From Octopus sinensis (taxonomy: Eukaryota): a DNA stretch of 35,643 bases. A program made the translations under genes and the position numbers. Under the pieces are notes generated by a model. It searched no databases and was not told the origin of the DNA. It saw only the letters and a program-made list of their open reading frames with translations. This document shows positions 24,470-35,643 of this stretch, in pieces. Position 1 is the first letter of the stretch. Every line of letters begins with the position of its first letter. The stretch spans positions 1-35,643 of the forward strand of contig NW_021826259.1 of NCBI RefSeq assembly GCF_006345805.1, written 5' to 3'.

Positions 24470-24827
24470 CTGAAATAATGGAAATAGGGGTCAGTACACA
24501 GTATTTGTTGCAGACCCTATTTGGTGGGTATTAGCCATGTAAACCCCTATCTTCTTTGACTGGCCCTCACTAAAGAAACAACAACTCTATGTTTAGGCCA
24601 GTTGTTTTTGACCACGGCTCCCAGAGCTGCATGTGGCCTTTGAGGGTTCTTCCACTGGCCCACAACAGCCTTCCTCTATAGATATATTTTTTACTTTGTT
24701 TTACTTTTTTTTTTAGGTTTTGGATCTGGCTTGGATTTAATATTAAGTAATGAAAAATTATAGAGGTAAACTCTTTTCAAGAAACGACAGCGTAGGGCTC
24801 AATTTATTGAGCGATCAGATTAAAGTA

Positions 24828-25244
24828 TTAATTTGAAGGAGACAAGTTCCAAGGTTAATAATACTCCTCATCGAAGCTGACACATCTCTAAGCACAGAGG
24901 GCATATATAAGCGATTATAAGCATGCAAACACATAACATAAAAACATATATATACATGACCAAATCAAAGCCGGATAAGTAATTGCATAAATACAGACAG
25001 ATAAATTAAGTTATTGTGAACTGTTATCGCATCAGCTTGGACTTCTTAGTTTATCTGTATCTATGCAATAACTTCTCCGACTTTGATTTGGGTACGAAAT
25101 TATATACTATTATATGTATATATATATGTTTTTAGATGTTAAGTGTTCGCATGCTTATAATGGCTTGTATATGCCCTCTGTGTTTAGATATGTGTCGGTT
25201 TTGATGAGTATTATTGACCTTGGAACTTGGCGCTTTCAAATTAA
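24828..25244. repeat. long degenerate fold-back (MITE-like), ~185-200-bp arms, 34-nt loop
   Basis: arms 24828-25010 and 25045-25244; TTAA at both ends. Confidence 0.88.
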
Positions 25245-25698
25245 AATATGGCATGTAAAAAGCACCAACTGATCGTGGCCGTTGCTAGCCTTCCCTGGCA
25301 CCTGTGCCGGCGGCACGTAAAATGCAGCCACTATACTCATGGAGTGGTTGGCATTAGGAAGGGCATCCAGCTGTAGAAACACTGCCAGATCAGACTGGAG
25401 CCTGGTACAGCCTCCTGGCTTCCCAGACCCCGGTTGAACCGTCCAACCCATGCCAGTATGGAAAGCGGACGTTAAATGATGCTGATATACATATGGATGG
25501 ATGGCTCTCTGTTGGTTTAAGGGTTTAGCAAAGAACTCAATAGATTTATTAAAATAGGAAGAAAAAACCCAACAATTGGAACTGTTGCATCTTACTGGAT
25601 AAAACTGAATTAACAAGTGAAAGGAGACACTTTTGAAATATACACACATGTGCGTGCATATGGGGAGTCTACAAACGACATAGACAGGCCCTACTTAC

Positions 25699-25852
25699 CC
25701 ACAGGATCTGTACAATCGTTTATAATGATATCGAAACGATCTTCAGTCTGCTGCATGTATTTGGTGCCCTCTTCGATACACACGGTCACCTTTGGATGGC
25801 TAAAACCAAGAGCCATTTTGGGTAGGAACTGTTTGGACACTTCGATAACTTT
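25699..25852 (-). CDS. SRM: spermidine synthase-like exon 4, 154 nt
   Basis: ttttacag and G|gtaagt sites; KVIEVSKQFLP...RFDIIINDCTDPV with the catalytic D-x-x-D motif. Confidence 0.95.
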
Positions 25853-25920
25853 CTGTAAAACATATCAAGTGAAGAGTATAGAGCATATATACATACACAC
25901 ACACATAAATATATATAACA

Positions 25921-26368
25921 GAAATATTAAAATTACTAAGTCTCTCTAAAGGAGATTACGGCAACGTTACTGGATATTAATAGTTATCGCCATACTAATA
26001 TGGCAGTCTAAATATAAGACTAAAGCTGTCGCTGATTAGCTCCAAGAGGCCACCCCCTCTAGCTAGCTATATGACACACGAACCTGCATCCATTACAACC
26101 TTCAAACAGGGCAGGTCAGCCGCTTCACCTTGCTAGTCAGACATCTGCAGACATGTTTCAGGGTTGTTGCCCTTTATCAATGCAGCGTAGTCAGAACCAG
26201 CAGGTGTCGCTACTGACCGTCTGTTCGAAGATTTTATTTACCTAGTTACAGTTGAATACATCCACTTGTTTTCAAAAATAGAAATATTAAAATTACTAAG
26301 TCTCTCTAAAGGAGATTATGGCAGCGTTACTGGATATAATAGTTATCGCCATACTAATATGGCAGTCT
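25921..26368 (-). mobile_element. 360-nt terminally redundant hammerhead-bearing unit (retrozyme or Penelope-like pLTR remnant)
   Basis: ~89-nt direct repeats at 25921-26009 and 26281-26368 flank unique sequence containing the hammerhead. Confidence 0.55.
26145..26185 (-). ncRNA. minimal type I hammerhead ribozyme, U3-A8 core variant
   Basis: minus strand reads CUGCA-UUGAUAA-AGGG(CAACAA)CCCU-GAAAC-AU-GUC/UGCAG: stems I, II and a minimal stem III plus the core in correct topology. Confidence 0.75.
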
Positions 26369-26395
26369 CACCATCACTAGGCCATTGCGCCTCCA

Positions 26396-26415
26396 CATAT
26401 ATATATATAATATAC

Positions 26416-26468
<53 letters not shown>

Positions 26469-26528
26469 CATATATATATACATATATATATACATATATA
26501 TTATATATATATATACATATATATATAC

Positions 26529-26579
<51 letters not shown>

Positions 26580-26744
26580 TTATACATATATATATACATA
26601 TATATATACATAATATATATATACATATATACATATATATATATATCTATATATATATATATACATATATATCATACATATATATATATACATATATATA
26701 TACATATATATATATACATATATATAACATATATATATATATAC

Positions 26745-26795
<51 letters not shown>

Positions 26796-26806
26796 TACAT
26801 ATATAT
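26396..26806. repeat. (TA)n/(CATA)n microsatellite
   Basis: direct reading. Confidence 0.95.
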
Positions 26807-26807
26807 G

Positions 26808-26955
26808 AATGAGAAAAAGATGAAAATGGAGACATTGACATATAGACATCAGATTGTTCAAAGATATTCAAAATAATCATATTATATTGTTTTGAATATC
26901 TTTGAATAAACTGATGTCTATTTGTCAATTTCTCCATTTTCTTCTTTTTCTCGTT
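26808..26955. repeat. fold-back hairpin, 70-bp arms, 8-nt loop
   Basis: arms 26808-26877 and 26886-26955, 7 mismatches by my count. Confidence 0.92.
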
Positions 26956-27103
26956 AATAAATATCTTAAATACCCATTTCCACTAATGCAAAACTAACGT
27001 ATTTAGTTTTACACTAAACACTGGTAAAAACCGGAGAACTAGAATGCAAACATCCCTTAACGGAATATAGGTCCTTGGCATGATAAACTTATATATATAT
27101 ATA

Positions 27104-27777
<674 letters not shown>

Positions 27778-28494
27778 TTATTGGCCACAAGGGCTGACAA
27801 ACATGATTGGAAAACATAAAGGGACAGAACAGGACGAAAGGTTACAAAGGGTTTTGTCCGTTTGTGAAAAAATCATGTAAAAACAGTGTAACAATCAAAT
27901 AATATAACAACGAAAAACTCCCAATAGGGGGAGGCATTACGAAAGGTTCCTGGTGGACAAACCCATAAAAGCCACGGGAGCCTGGTCAAAAGGTGGGTAG
28001 AGAGCCCCTATCTCCTCTTATAATACCTTTTTCAATCACAGGTGAAACCTCAGAATTGGTCCATTTACACTGGCCATTCTTGCACAATTCACCCCCCGCC
28101 CTTTCAGAAAACTTGCTATCATGCAGCACTCTCCTCTCTAACCTCATCTTCCTTTTCAAGTATCACCACTTCAAAACGTATTCCACAAAGTCTCTGTCGC
28201 CCAGTTTCCCAAGACACATGTCTCATATACACACGTGTGTATACGGAGCAATTATGCAGGTAAACAGATTAAATATAACAGCTTGAGTCTGATATACAAA
28301 ACATGTATGTCTACATGTATGTCTACATGTATGTCTACATGTATGTCTACATGTATATCTACATGTATGCCTACATGCAATCAGAGAGAAGGCAAAATAT
28401 TTTAAGTATAATTATGTAAAGATAATTATATATTAATTGATCAAACTTATACAGAATACAAACGACCTGTGTGTGTGTGTGTGTGTGTGTGTTT

Positions 28495-28907
28495 TTATCT
28501 TTCACTTGTTTCAGTCATTAGACTGTGGCCATGCTGGAGCACCACCTCAAAGAATCTTAGTTGAATGAATTGACTCACTGCCACCCCCCACCCCCACCCC
28601 CACCAGCATCTATTTGTTGAAGCCTGATACGTATTCTGTCGGCTTTTTTGTTGAACCGCTAAGTTACAGGGATGTAAACACACCAACACTGGTTGACAAA
28701 CAACAGTGGAGGACAAACACAAGGATACACACACACACATATATGTACAATGGGCTTCTCTCAGTTTCCGTCTACAGAATCCACTCACAAAGCTTTGGTC
28801 AGCCTGAGGCTATAATAGAGAATACTTGCCCAAAGTGCCATGCAGTGGGATTGAACCCAGAATCATGTGGTTGGGAAGGAAACTTCTTACCACACACCGA
28901 CACCTGT
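28495..28907 (-). mobile_element. SINE family A, diverged
   Basis: reverse-complement similarity to the other copies. Confidence 0.75.
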
Positions 28908-29015
28908 ATATATATATATATATATATAATTATTGTCATTACAGGTAAGGCATTGAGCTGGCAGAATTTTTAGTACACCTCCAAAATTTCAGGCTTTTTG
29001 CTTATAGTAGAAAGG

Positions 29016-29263
29016 ATCATCATCATCATCATCACTGCCACCATCATCATCATCATCATCACCACCACCACCACCACCACCACCACCATCACCATCATCA
29101 TCACCACCACCACCACTACCATCACCATCATCATCATCATCATCACCGCCACCACCATCACTATCACCATCATCATCATCATCATCACCGCCACCACCAT
29201 CACTATCACCATCATCATCATCATCATCACCGCCACCACCATCACCATCATCATCATCATCAT
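29016..29263. repeat. (CAT/CAC)n compound trinucleotide repeat with a 42-bp higher-order unit
   Basis: CACCGCC recurs at 29144, 29186 and 29228. Confidence 0.93.
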
Positions 29264-29301
29264 ACTTTTGTAGGAAGTGAGGTGAAAGTGTTCCATGTCT
29301 A

Positions 29302-29679
<378 letters not shown>

Positions 29680-30912
29680 TCAAATTCTGCCAAGGTCGGT
29701 TTTGCCTTTCGTTGCTTTCAGGGTTGATAAAATATGTACCAGTTATGCACTGGAGTTGATGTAATCAACTTAACGCTCTCTCTCAAAATTGCAGGCCTTG
29801 TGCCAAAATTTGGAACCAATATATAATAAACACAACAGCGTTCTTTGTACATTAGTTTCAAAGACAGTCTTCCGTAAATTGCTCCAGAATGGTAGCATGC
29901 ACCATCTGGTTGGAATACATTATATGATCCTATAAGTAAGTTCTATGGAATATACAGATCCACTTTTAGATTCCATAGTCATGCTTTGAAGCCATTACAG
30001 AAATATCAACTTTTCTGTTTGCAGAAATTCCTCCTTCATAAGGGATGGGCATTGTTGGGCACTTGCTAGTGTATACCTAGGACTGTACCCCGAGTTTGAT
30101 GGACCACAAATAAAAGGAGCGTTAGATAAAAAAATTGCTTAACGTTTCACTACTGAACATGACTTTAAAACCGGTCCTTAATCCAGTTTTTATGAACCCT
30201 GCAAAGATGCAAATGACCCTGAATGGGTAATTGTTGTTTTTTTTTTTGTTGGATGTCTTAAAATCCCATTATTGCCTTAATACTGCATTTCAATGTGGCT
30301 GGCAACTGTGCTTGTACTGCAGAGTAAGATGTAAATGGAGATACAACAGAGAGACAATGAATCACACGATCAGTTTGAGGGGTTGTTGCATGCAGTCTGT
30401 CTGATTAAGAACCAAAGGATTAAGAACAAGGATTTGGGACAAAGCACCAACACATATTTAGAGGCATTCATGCTTTCCTGAACGGGAGTCTTCTGCCATG
30501 ACCAGGAAAAATTTGAACCATTATTTTTAACACAAAAAATCCATAAATTTACAAAATTATAAATTATTTCATTAATCATGTATCATAATTTACATAAATC
30601 ACATTAATTAATTAGTTTCTAGTTATACAATTAAACACATTTAGAAAATTACTAAATTCTGTCATTGTATTCAGACTTTTGATCAGGAAAGGGACACAAG
30701 ATCAGAGTTGAACAACCCCAGCTGGATCTACTGGGCAAAGGGGTCTGGTGGCGAAAGACCTGAAATCCTGAGATCCCAGAAACATCACTGACCATGCATC
30801 ACAGAGCACCTGCAGCATGTATCTTAAAACTAAACTGTGTGTGTGTGTATATATATATGTATGCATGTATATGTGAGCTAAAACAATGATGATGATTTAT
30901 ATATATATATAT

Positions 30913-31104
30913 AAATAAATGAAAGAATGGAGTCGAACGACGATTTAACAAAATTCCTTTATTCTCGACATATGTTTCGAAGACTGCATATTCTTAATTC
31001 TGAAGGAATTCCTTCAGAATTAAGAATATGCAGTCTTTGAAACATATGTCGAGAATAAAGGAATTTTGTTAAATCGTCGTTCGACTCCATTCTTTCATTT
31101 ATTT
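30913..31104. repeat. 192-bp spacer-less palindrome
   Basis: centred on GAATTC (31006-31011); one mismatch found (30979/31038). Confidence 0.95.
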
Positions 31105-31305
31105 TTAGTAAAAAAAAACACACAAATTTCCACACGAAAGCACGTGATCTCTGCCCTTGGCATGTAGCTTCAACCGTGTTTTCTGATGTGAATTTGCTAT
31201 CCGGGTATCGGTTAACCGAATTATCCATACTAGGATAATTCATTCAACTACACAAATATATATCATCATCATCATCATCATTTAACGTCCGCTTTCCATG
31301 CTAGC

Positions 31306-31345
<40 letters not shown>

Positions 31346-31386
31346 GGAGAGAGAGAGAGAGAGAACAGAAAGAGGAAGTGACTCAC

Positions 31387-31520
31387 CTTCGGAATACCTG
31401 GATGTCTTGATAATCAGACTTGCCCTGGAAGAGAACTTCTTCAATTTCAACTGCCAAACTGATTCCCAGGTCCATGTAGTTGTGTATTTCATGGAACCAT
31501 CCATTCTCTACGTGAGACAT
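31387..31520 (-). CDS. SRM: spermidine synthase-like exon 1 (coding part, 134 nt)
   Basis: ATG at 31520-31518, AG|gtgagt donor; MSHVENGWFHE...KSDYQDIQVFR. The eight exons sum to 870 nt = 289 aa + stop with consistent phases. An in-frame upstream ATG at 31583 exists but is less likely. Confidence 0.9.
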
Positions 31521-31559
31521 GACTTCTATCACGAAACTCAATGTGGCCACCAAATTCCC

Positions 31560-31860
31560 AACAAAGATGAAAACGCAAGTCAACAGTGGAAGGCGTGGCG
31601 GCCTTGATCAAATGACGAATGGCAGCAGCAGAGGTGGTGGTGTTGTGGTCCGTCGGGCAACACGTGGCGCCGAGTTGCATTCCCTTCTGACCAGGCAAGT
31701 TCTTCTCACCAAAATTGGTCAGTTGACGTCTCTGCTTGCTGCTACTCAATCAGTGCTATGAGGAGGGACGATTGATGTGCGTGCGTGTCTGCGACTGGGT
31801 GTGTGTGCGTGTGTAGACACGATTTCTCTGTGTGCGTATCCGGGTGGCTGTGAGCCTCAG
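31560..31860 (-). promoter_or_regulatory. CpG-enriched probable SRM promoter: E-box CACGTG (31661-31666), CCAAT on - (31714-31718), CRE-like TGACGTC (31724-31730)
   Basis: GC/CpG-rich patch in an AT-rich window just upstream of the ATG; motifs read directly, function inferred. Confidence 0.5.
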
Positions 31861-32172
31861 AAAGACATCACCTGGAGGACCACTTCCAAATCCTAAACAG
31901 AGATTTAAAGAAGAAAATTTTTGTTACACAAAATATCCATTCATATGTAGGTATGTGTGCATATATATTTAAGTATGCATGTGTGTATGTGTAATTTTGA
32001 AGCTCCAAAAAGTGTCTGGATATTCTGTTCTTGGTGAAACTTCTGAAATCACTGTCTTACCTTATGCTTAATAAATTCTATATTCTTAGAAGAATTGAGT
32101 CAGGTTTTTGATGTCTTTTTTAATTTCAAGAACATCTATACCATATGCCTATATATATATATATATATATAT

Positions 32173-32481
32173 ATCACCATCACCGGTGACCGACCAGGCT
32201 ATCAGATGTTGCTACACATCGCTGGTTACAATGCACTTCGCATTGTTTTAGCCTTCAAATGACGCCACCCCACTGGCTATGCGAGCAGGCCAACAGAAGA
32301 AAGAGTGAGAGAAAGTTGTGGCAAAAGAGTACAGTAGGGATCGCCACCACCCCCTGCCAGAGCCTCGTGGAGCTTTAGGTGTTTTCACTCAATAAACACT
32401 CACAACGCCTGGTCTGGGAATCGAAACCGCGATCCTATGACTGCGAGTCCGCTGCCCTAACCACTGGGTCATTGTGCCTCT
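32173..32481 (-). mobile_element. SINE family B head and body with a different 3' tail
   Basis: shares its 5' ~200 nt with 33375-33756, then diverges. Confidence 0.75.
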
Positions 32482-32579
32482 AATATAAACAGGGTAAAAT
32501 TAATTAATTAAGAAGTAATCAGTAATTTTACCAAGTAGAATTCGGCATGAAAAAGACCATTTCATGGTAAGCTTAAGTA

Positions 32580-32737
32580 ATACTATATAATTAGGGTCCA
32601 GATCTGCTTCACCACACACCGAAGTTTAGAAATAGCAGTCAAAAAATCTTAGCTATTCCTTCTACTTTTTTGACTGCTATTTCTAAACTTCGGTATGTGG
32701 TGAAGCAAATCTTTGCTGAACCCTAATTATAAAGTAT
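32580..32737. repeat. fold-back hairpin, ~67-bp arms, 19-nt loop
   Basis: AAGCACC..-type arms pairing 32580-32646 with 32666-32737, with a small internal mismatch region. Confidence 0.9.
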
Positions 32738-32906
32738 ATATATATATATATATATATACATATACTACAAAATTAGAAAATGGAGAAACATACAACAAAA
32801 TTAGAAATATATATATACATATATATATACATATATATATATATACACATATATATATATACACATATATATATACACATATATATATACACATATATAT
32901 ATACAC

Positions 32907-32941
<35 letters not shown>
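32735..32941. repeat. (TA)n/(CATA)n microsatellite with a short unique interruption
   Basis: direct reading. Confidence 0.9.
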
Positions 32942-33374
32942 ATAATAAGCACAGACGTCGCCATGTGGTAAGAAGTTTGCTTCCCAACCACACAATTCTG
33001 AGTTCAAACTCACTGTCTGGTACCTTGGGAAAGTGTTCATCTACTGACCAAGGCCTTGTGACTTAGTGGTTCGGGAAAAGAGACCAATAGAATAAATACC
33101 AGGCTTTAAAATAAACAACTACTGGAGTTGAGCTAAACTTTTAGGGAGGTGCTCCAGCATGGCTGCAGTCTAATGACCAAAACAAGTAAAAGACACATAC
33201 ATACAAGTGAAAAGCAAGGCTCAGGTAAAGTGGCAGCCTTCATTGATAAAAATGATCAAATGATGCTCTTAAATGTGGAGAAGTTTATGTCTAATACCAG
33301 ACAAACTTAGCCAAACTTCAGCTGAATTTTTTGTATTGTATAATTGTTAATTATGTCTGTCGTATAATTAATCA

Positions 33375-33756
33375 GTGGAGGCGCAATGGCCCAGTGGTTA
33401 GGGCAGCGGACTCACGGTCATAGGATCGCGGTTTCGATTCCCAGACCGGGCGTTGTGAGTGTTTATTGAGCGAAAACACCTAAAAGCTCCACGAGGCTCC
33501 GGCAGGGATGGTGGTGATCCCTGCTGTACTCTTTCACCACAACTTTCTCTCACTCTTACTTCCTGTTTCTGTTGTACCTGTATTTCAAAGGGCCGGCCTT
33601 GTCACTCTCTGTGTCACGTTGAATATCCCCGAGAACTACGTTAAGGGTGCACGTGTCTGTGGAGTGCTCAGCCACTTACACGTCAATTTCACGAGCAGGC
33701 TGTTCCGTTGATTCGGATCAACCGGAACCCTCATCGTCGTAACCAACGGAGTGCTT
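33375..33756 (+). mobile_element. SINE family B
   Basis: A box TGGCCCAGTGG, B box GGTTTCGATTCC; followed by an older related copy at ~33779-34090. Confidence 0.9.
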
Positions 33757-35204
33757 CTATCCATAATTAATCAGAGCGAAGGCACATGGCTTACTGGTTT
33801 GTGTATTTGGATTATGACTGGGAGTTTGATTCCTGGCAATACATGGCGCCCTTGAGCAAGACACTCGATTTCACATTGCCTCATTCCACTCAGCTGGCAT
33901 AAATAAGCCGTACCTGTAATTCACAAGGGGCCAGCCTTGGCACATTCTGTGTCAGGCTGAGTTTCACCGAGAACTACGCTAAGGATATGCGTGTCTGTGG
34001 AGTACTCAGCCACTTTTATGTCAATTTCACGAGCAGGCAGTTTCTGTTGGTCAAATTAACTGGAATCCTCGTCGTCGTAACAAACGGAGCATCAATAATC
34101 AATCAGTAAATATTTAATTGCATTTAATTAAAAACAAATTATCATGTAGGTATTTTAAGAAAACATGAAAGTGATGAAAAAGTCAATGTTTACTTGGGAT
34201 TGAACCTACAAAGATGTTGCGGGTTCAATTCTCAGTGAGAAACTCAAACACATACTGCACACATGAACAGAGAGAGAGAAAGACAGACAGGAGGCAGGTG
34301 GCTTTATGTGGGTTTATGGATCATGGGTTTATATCCTATAAGAGATGTGGCTGTGTTTTTGTATCTCAGAACACCATGACATTACCTACGGGTTACCTGG
34401 AAAAGGGGTAGAAACTCCACGTGGGTGTGGACTGGAGGAGCTAATTCCCTCATCCATTCAACACAAGTGCTGTACGGGGACAGGCATGTCAAAGAACAGA
34501 TCCAATGTTTCCTCTGCATGTTGTAAAAAGGGCAATGAAAAGAGGTTGAGGTAAGATTTACGCTCTGACCCCTATGAAACCCTCCCTAGCAAAGACTACC
34601 CAAATAGACCCATAGGTGTGAGGGTTATCACCTGAATGGGGCAAAGGTGCTGCCTGCCAGGGATAGGGTATCACCAACAAACGGTGGAGGCAACAATGGG
34701 CTATTACAGTGCATGCCTCCATACTGCTGCTGCTACTACTACTACTACTACTACTGCTGCTGCTACAACTACTACAGACCATAACAAAAATCAACAGCAG
34801 ATAATTAACTCATAACAAATTAGGTCATAAAATAATTGACTTGTTAATTATTGACACTAAGAAATAGACTCATTTAGAAATTGACTCGTTAAGTATTGAA
34901 CCATTGACTAACAACCCATTAAGCAGTGACCCACTTATTACAGACCCATTCAGTTCTAATCCATTAATTACTAAACCATTGATATCCATGGGATTAGTTG
35001 TAGGATTATCTAGAATGTTAAACTGGATTAACTACTAACATATTAAAGCAAATGATATTAGATATTTGAAAGAGGAAGTAACAGGGATTTGAACCCTCAA
35101 TCTCTCACTTGCTGACAGTGTCAGAAGTGTGGGAAAATTTGTTTTGCGGGTACAAACCTTGGTTCAAAATTTTTTACAAACAAGGCGGATATTTTTCAAT
35201 CTTA

Positions 35205-35420
35205 ATATTCTTTTCTACTCTAGGCACAAGGCCTGAAATTTTGGGGGAGGGGGCCCAGTCAATTAGATCGACCCCAGTATGTGACTGGTACTTAATTTAT
35301 CAACCCTGAAAGGATGAAAGGCAGAGTCAACCTTGATGGAATTTGAACTCAGAACATAAAGACAGATGAAATACTGATAAGCATTTCACTCAGCGTGCTA
35401 ACGTTTCTGCCAGCTGCCTT
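35205..35420 (-). mobile_element. family C copy
   Basis: reverse-complement similarity to the other family C copies. Confidence 0.75.
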
Positions 35421-35643
35421 CTGGTGTATATTATATGAAATATAGTCTACATTAAATGTATAATGGTTAAGTCTTACAATTGCAGCATGAAAGGTGTTTG
35501 TAAGCCATTTAAGAAACACACAAAAGCCGTGCTAGCACAGATTTTTGTCAGTGAACAGGTCGCGGTCTTAAAGCGACAAAAGTATTTTGACAATTAAACT
35601 TAAATGTTGAAGTGAATCGAACGGTTTTTGTGTGTTTCTTAAA

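Noticed and set aside
28970-29296. Poly-Met/Val and poly-Ile/Thr ORFs
   Set aside because: Translation of an intronic trinucleotide repeat
29880-29960. Minus-strand VFQPDGACYH resembling a Tc1 'FQQDGAPxH' motif
   Set aside because: Too short, with no supporting flanking motifs or TIRs
30913-31104. Second hammerhead in the palindrome (GAAAC-ATAT-GTC)
   Set aside because: No CUGANGA-type 5' core placed with matching stems I and II; the central CTGAAGG does not fit
31519-31761. 80-aa + strand ORF over the SRM promoter
   Set aside because: No recognisable homology; explained by the GC-rich promoter sequence
33375-33450. SINE heads as real tRNA genes
   Set aside because: A/B boxes are present but they continue into SINE bodies and I could not form a full cloverleaf

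Overview
AT-rich, repeat-dense animal genomic DNA. The SINE families and (TA/CA)n load look like an octopus (coleoid cephalopod) genome; this is pattern recognition, not a database match. Two spliced genes converge tail-to-tail. (1) The last eight coding exons of NAA25 (NatB auxiliary subunit) lie on + at 1034-11096. (2) A complete 8-exon, 289-aa spermidine synthase-family gene (SRM-like) lies on - at 31520-13812; its exons 2-7 have the lengths I recall for human SRM, but its amine-binding pocket is atypical. Introns hold many tRNA-derived SINEs, three decayed Tc1/mariner elements, LINE scraps, a 5S rRNA pseudogene, a G4-capable minisatellite, a 3.3-kb higher-order (RY)n array and five unrelated fold-back hairpins. 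The most notable find is a minimal type I hammerhead ribozyme with a compensatory U3-A8 core pair, sense-oriented in SRM intron 3 and embedded in a 360-nt terminally redundant, retrozyme/Penelope-like unit. Nearly all ORFs in the supplied track are repeat artefacts. Protein comparisons are from remembered sequences; no searches were run.
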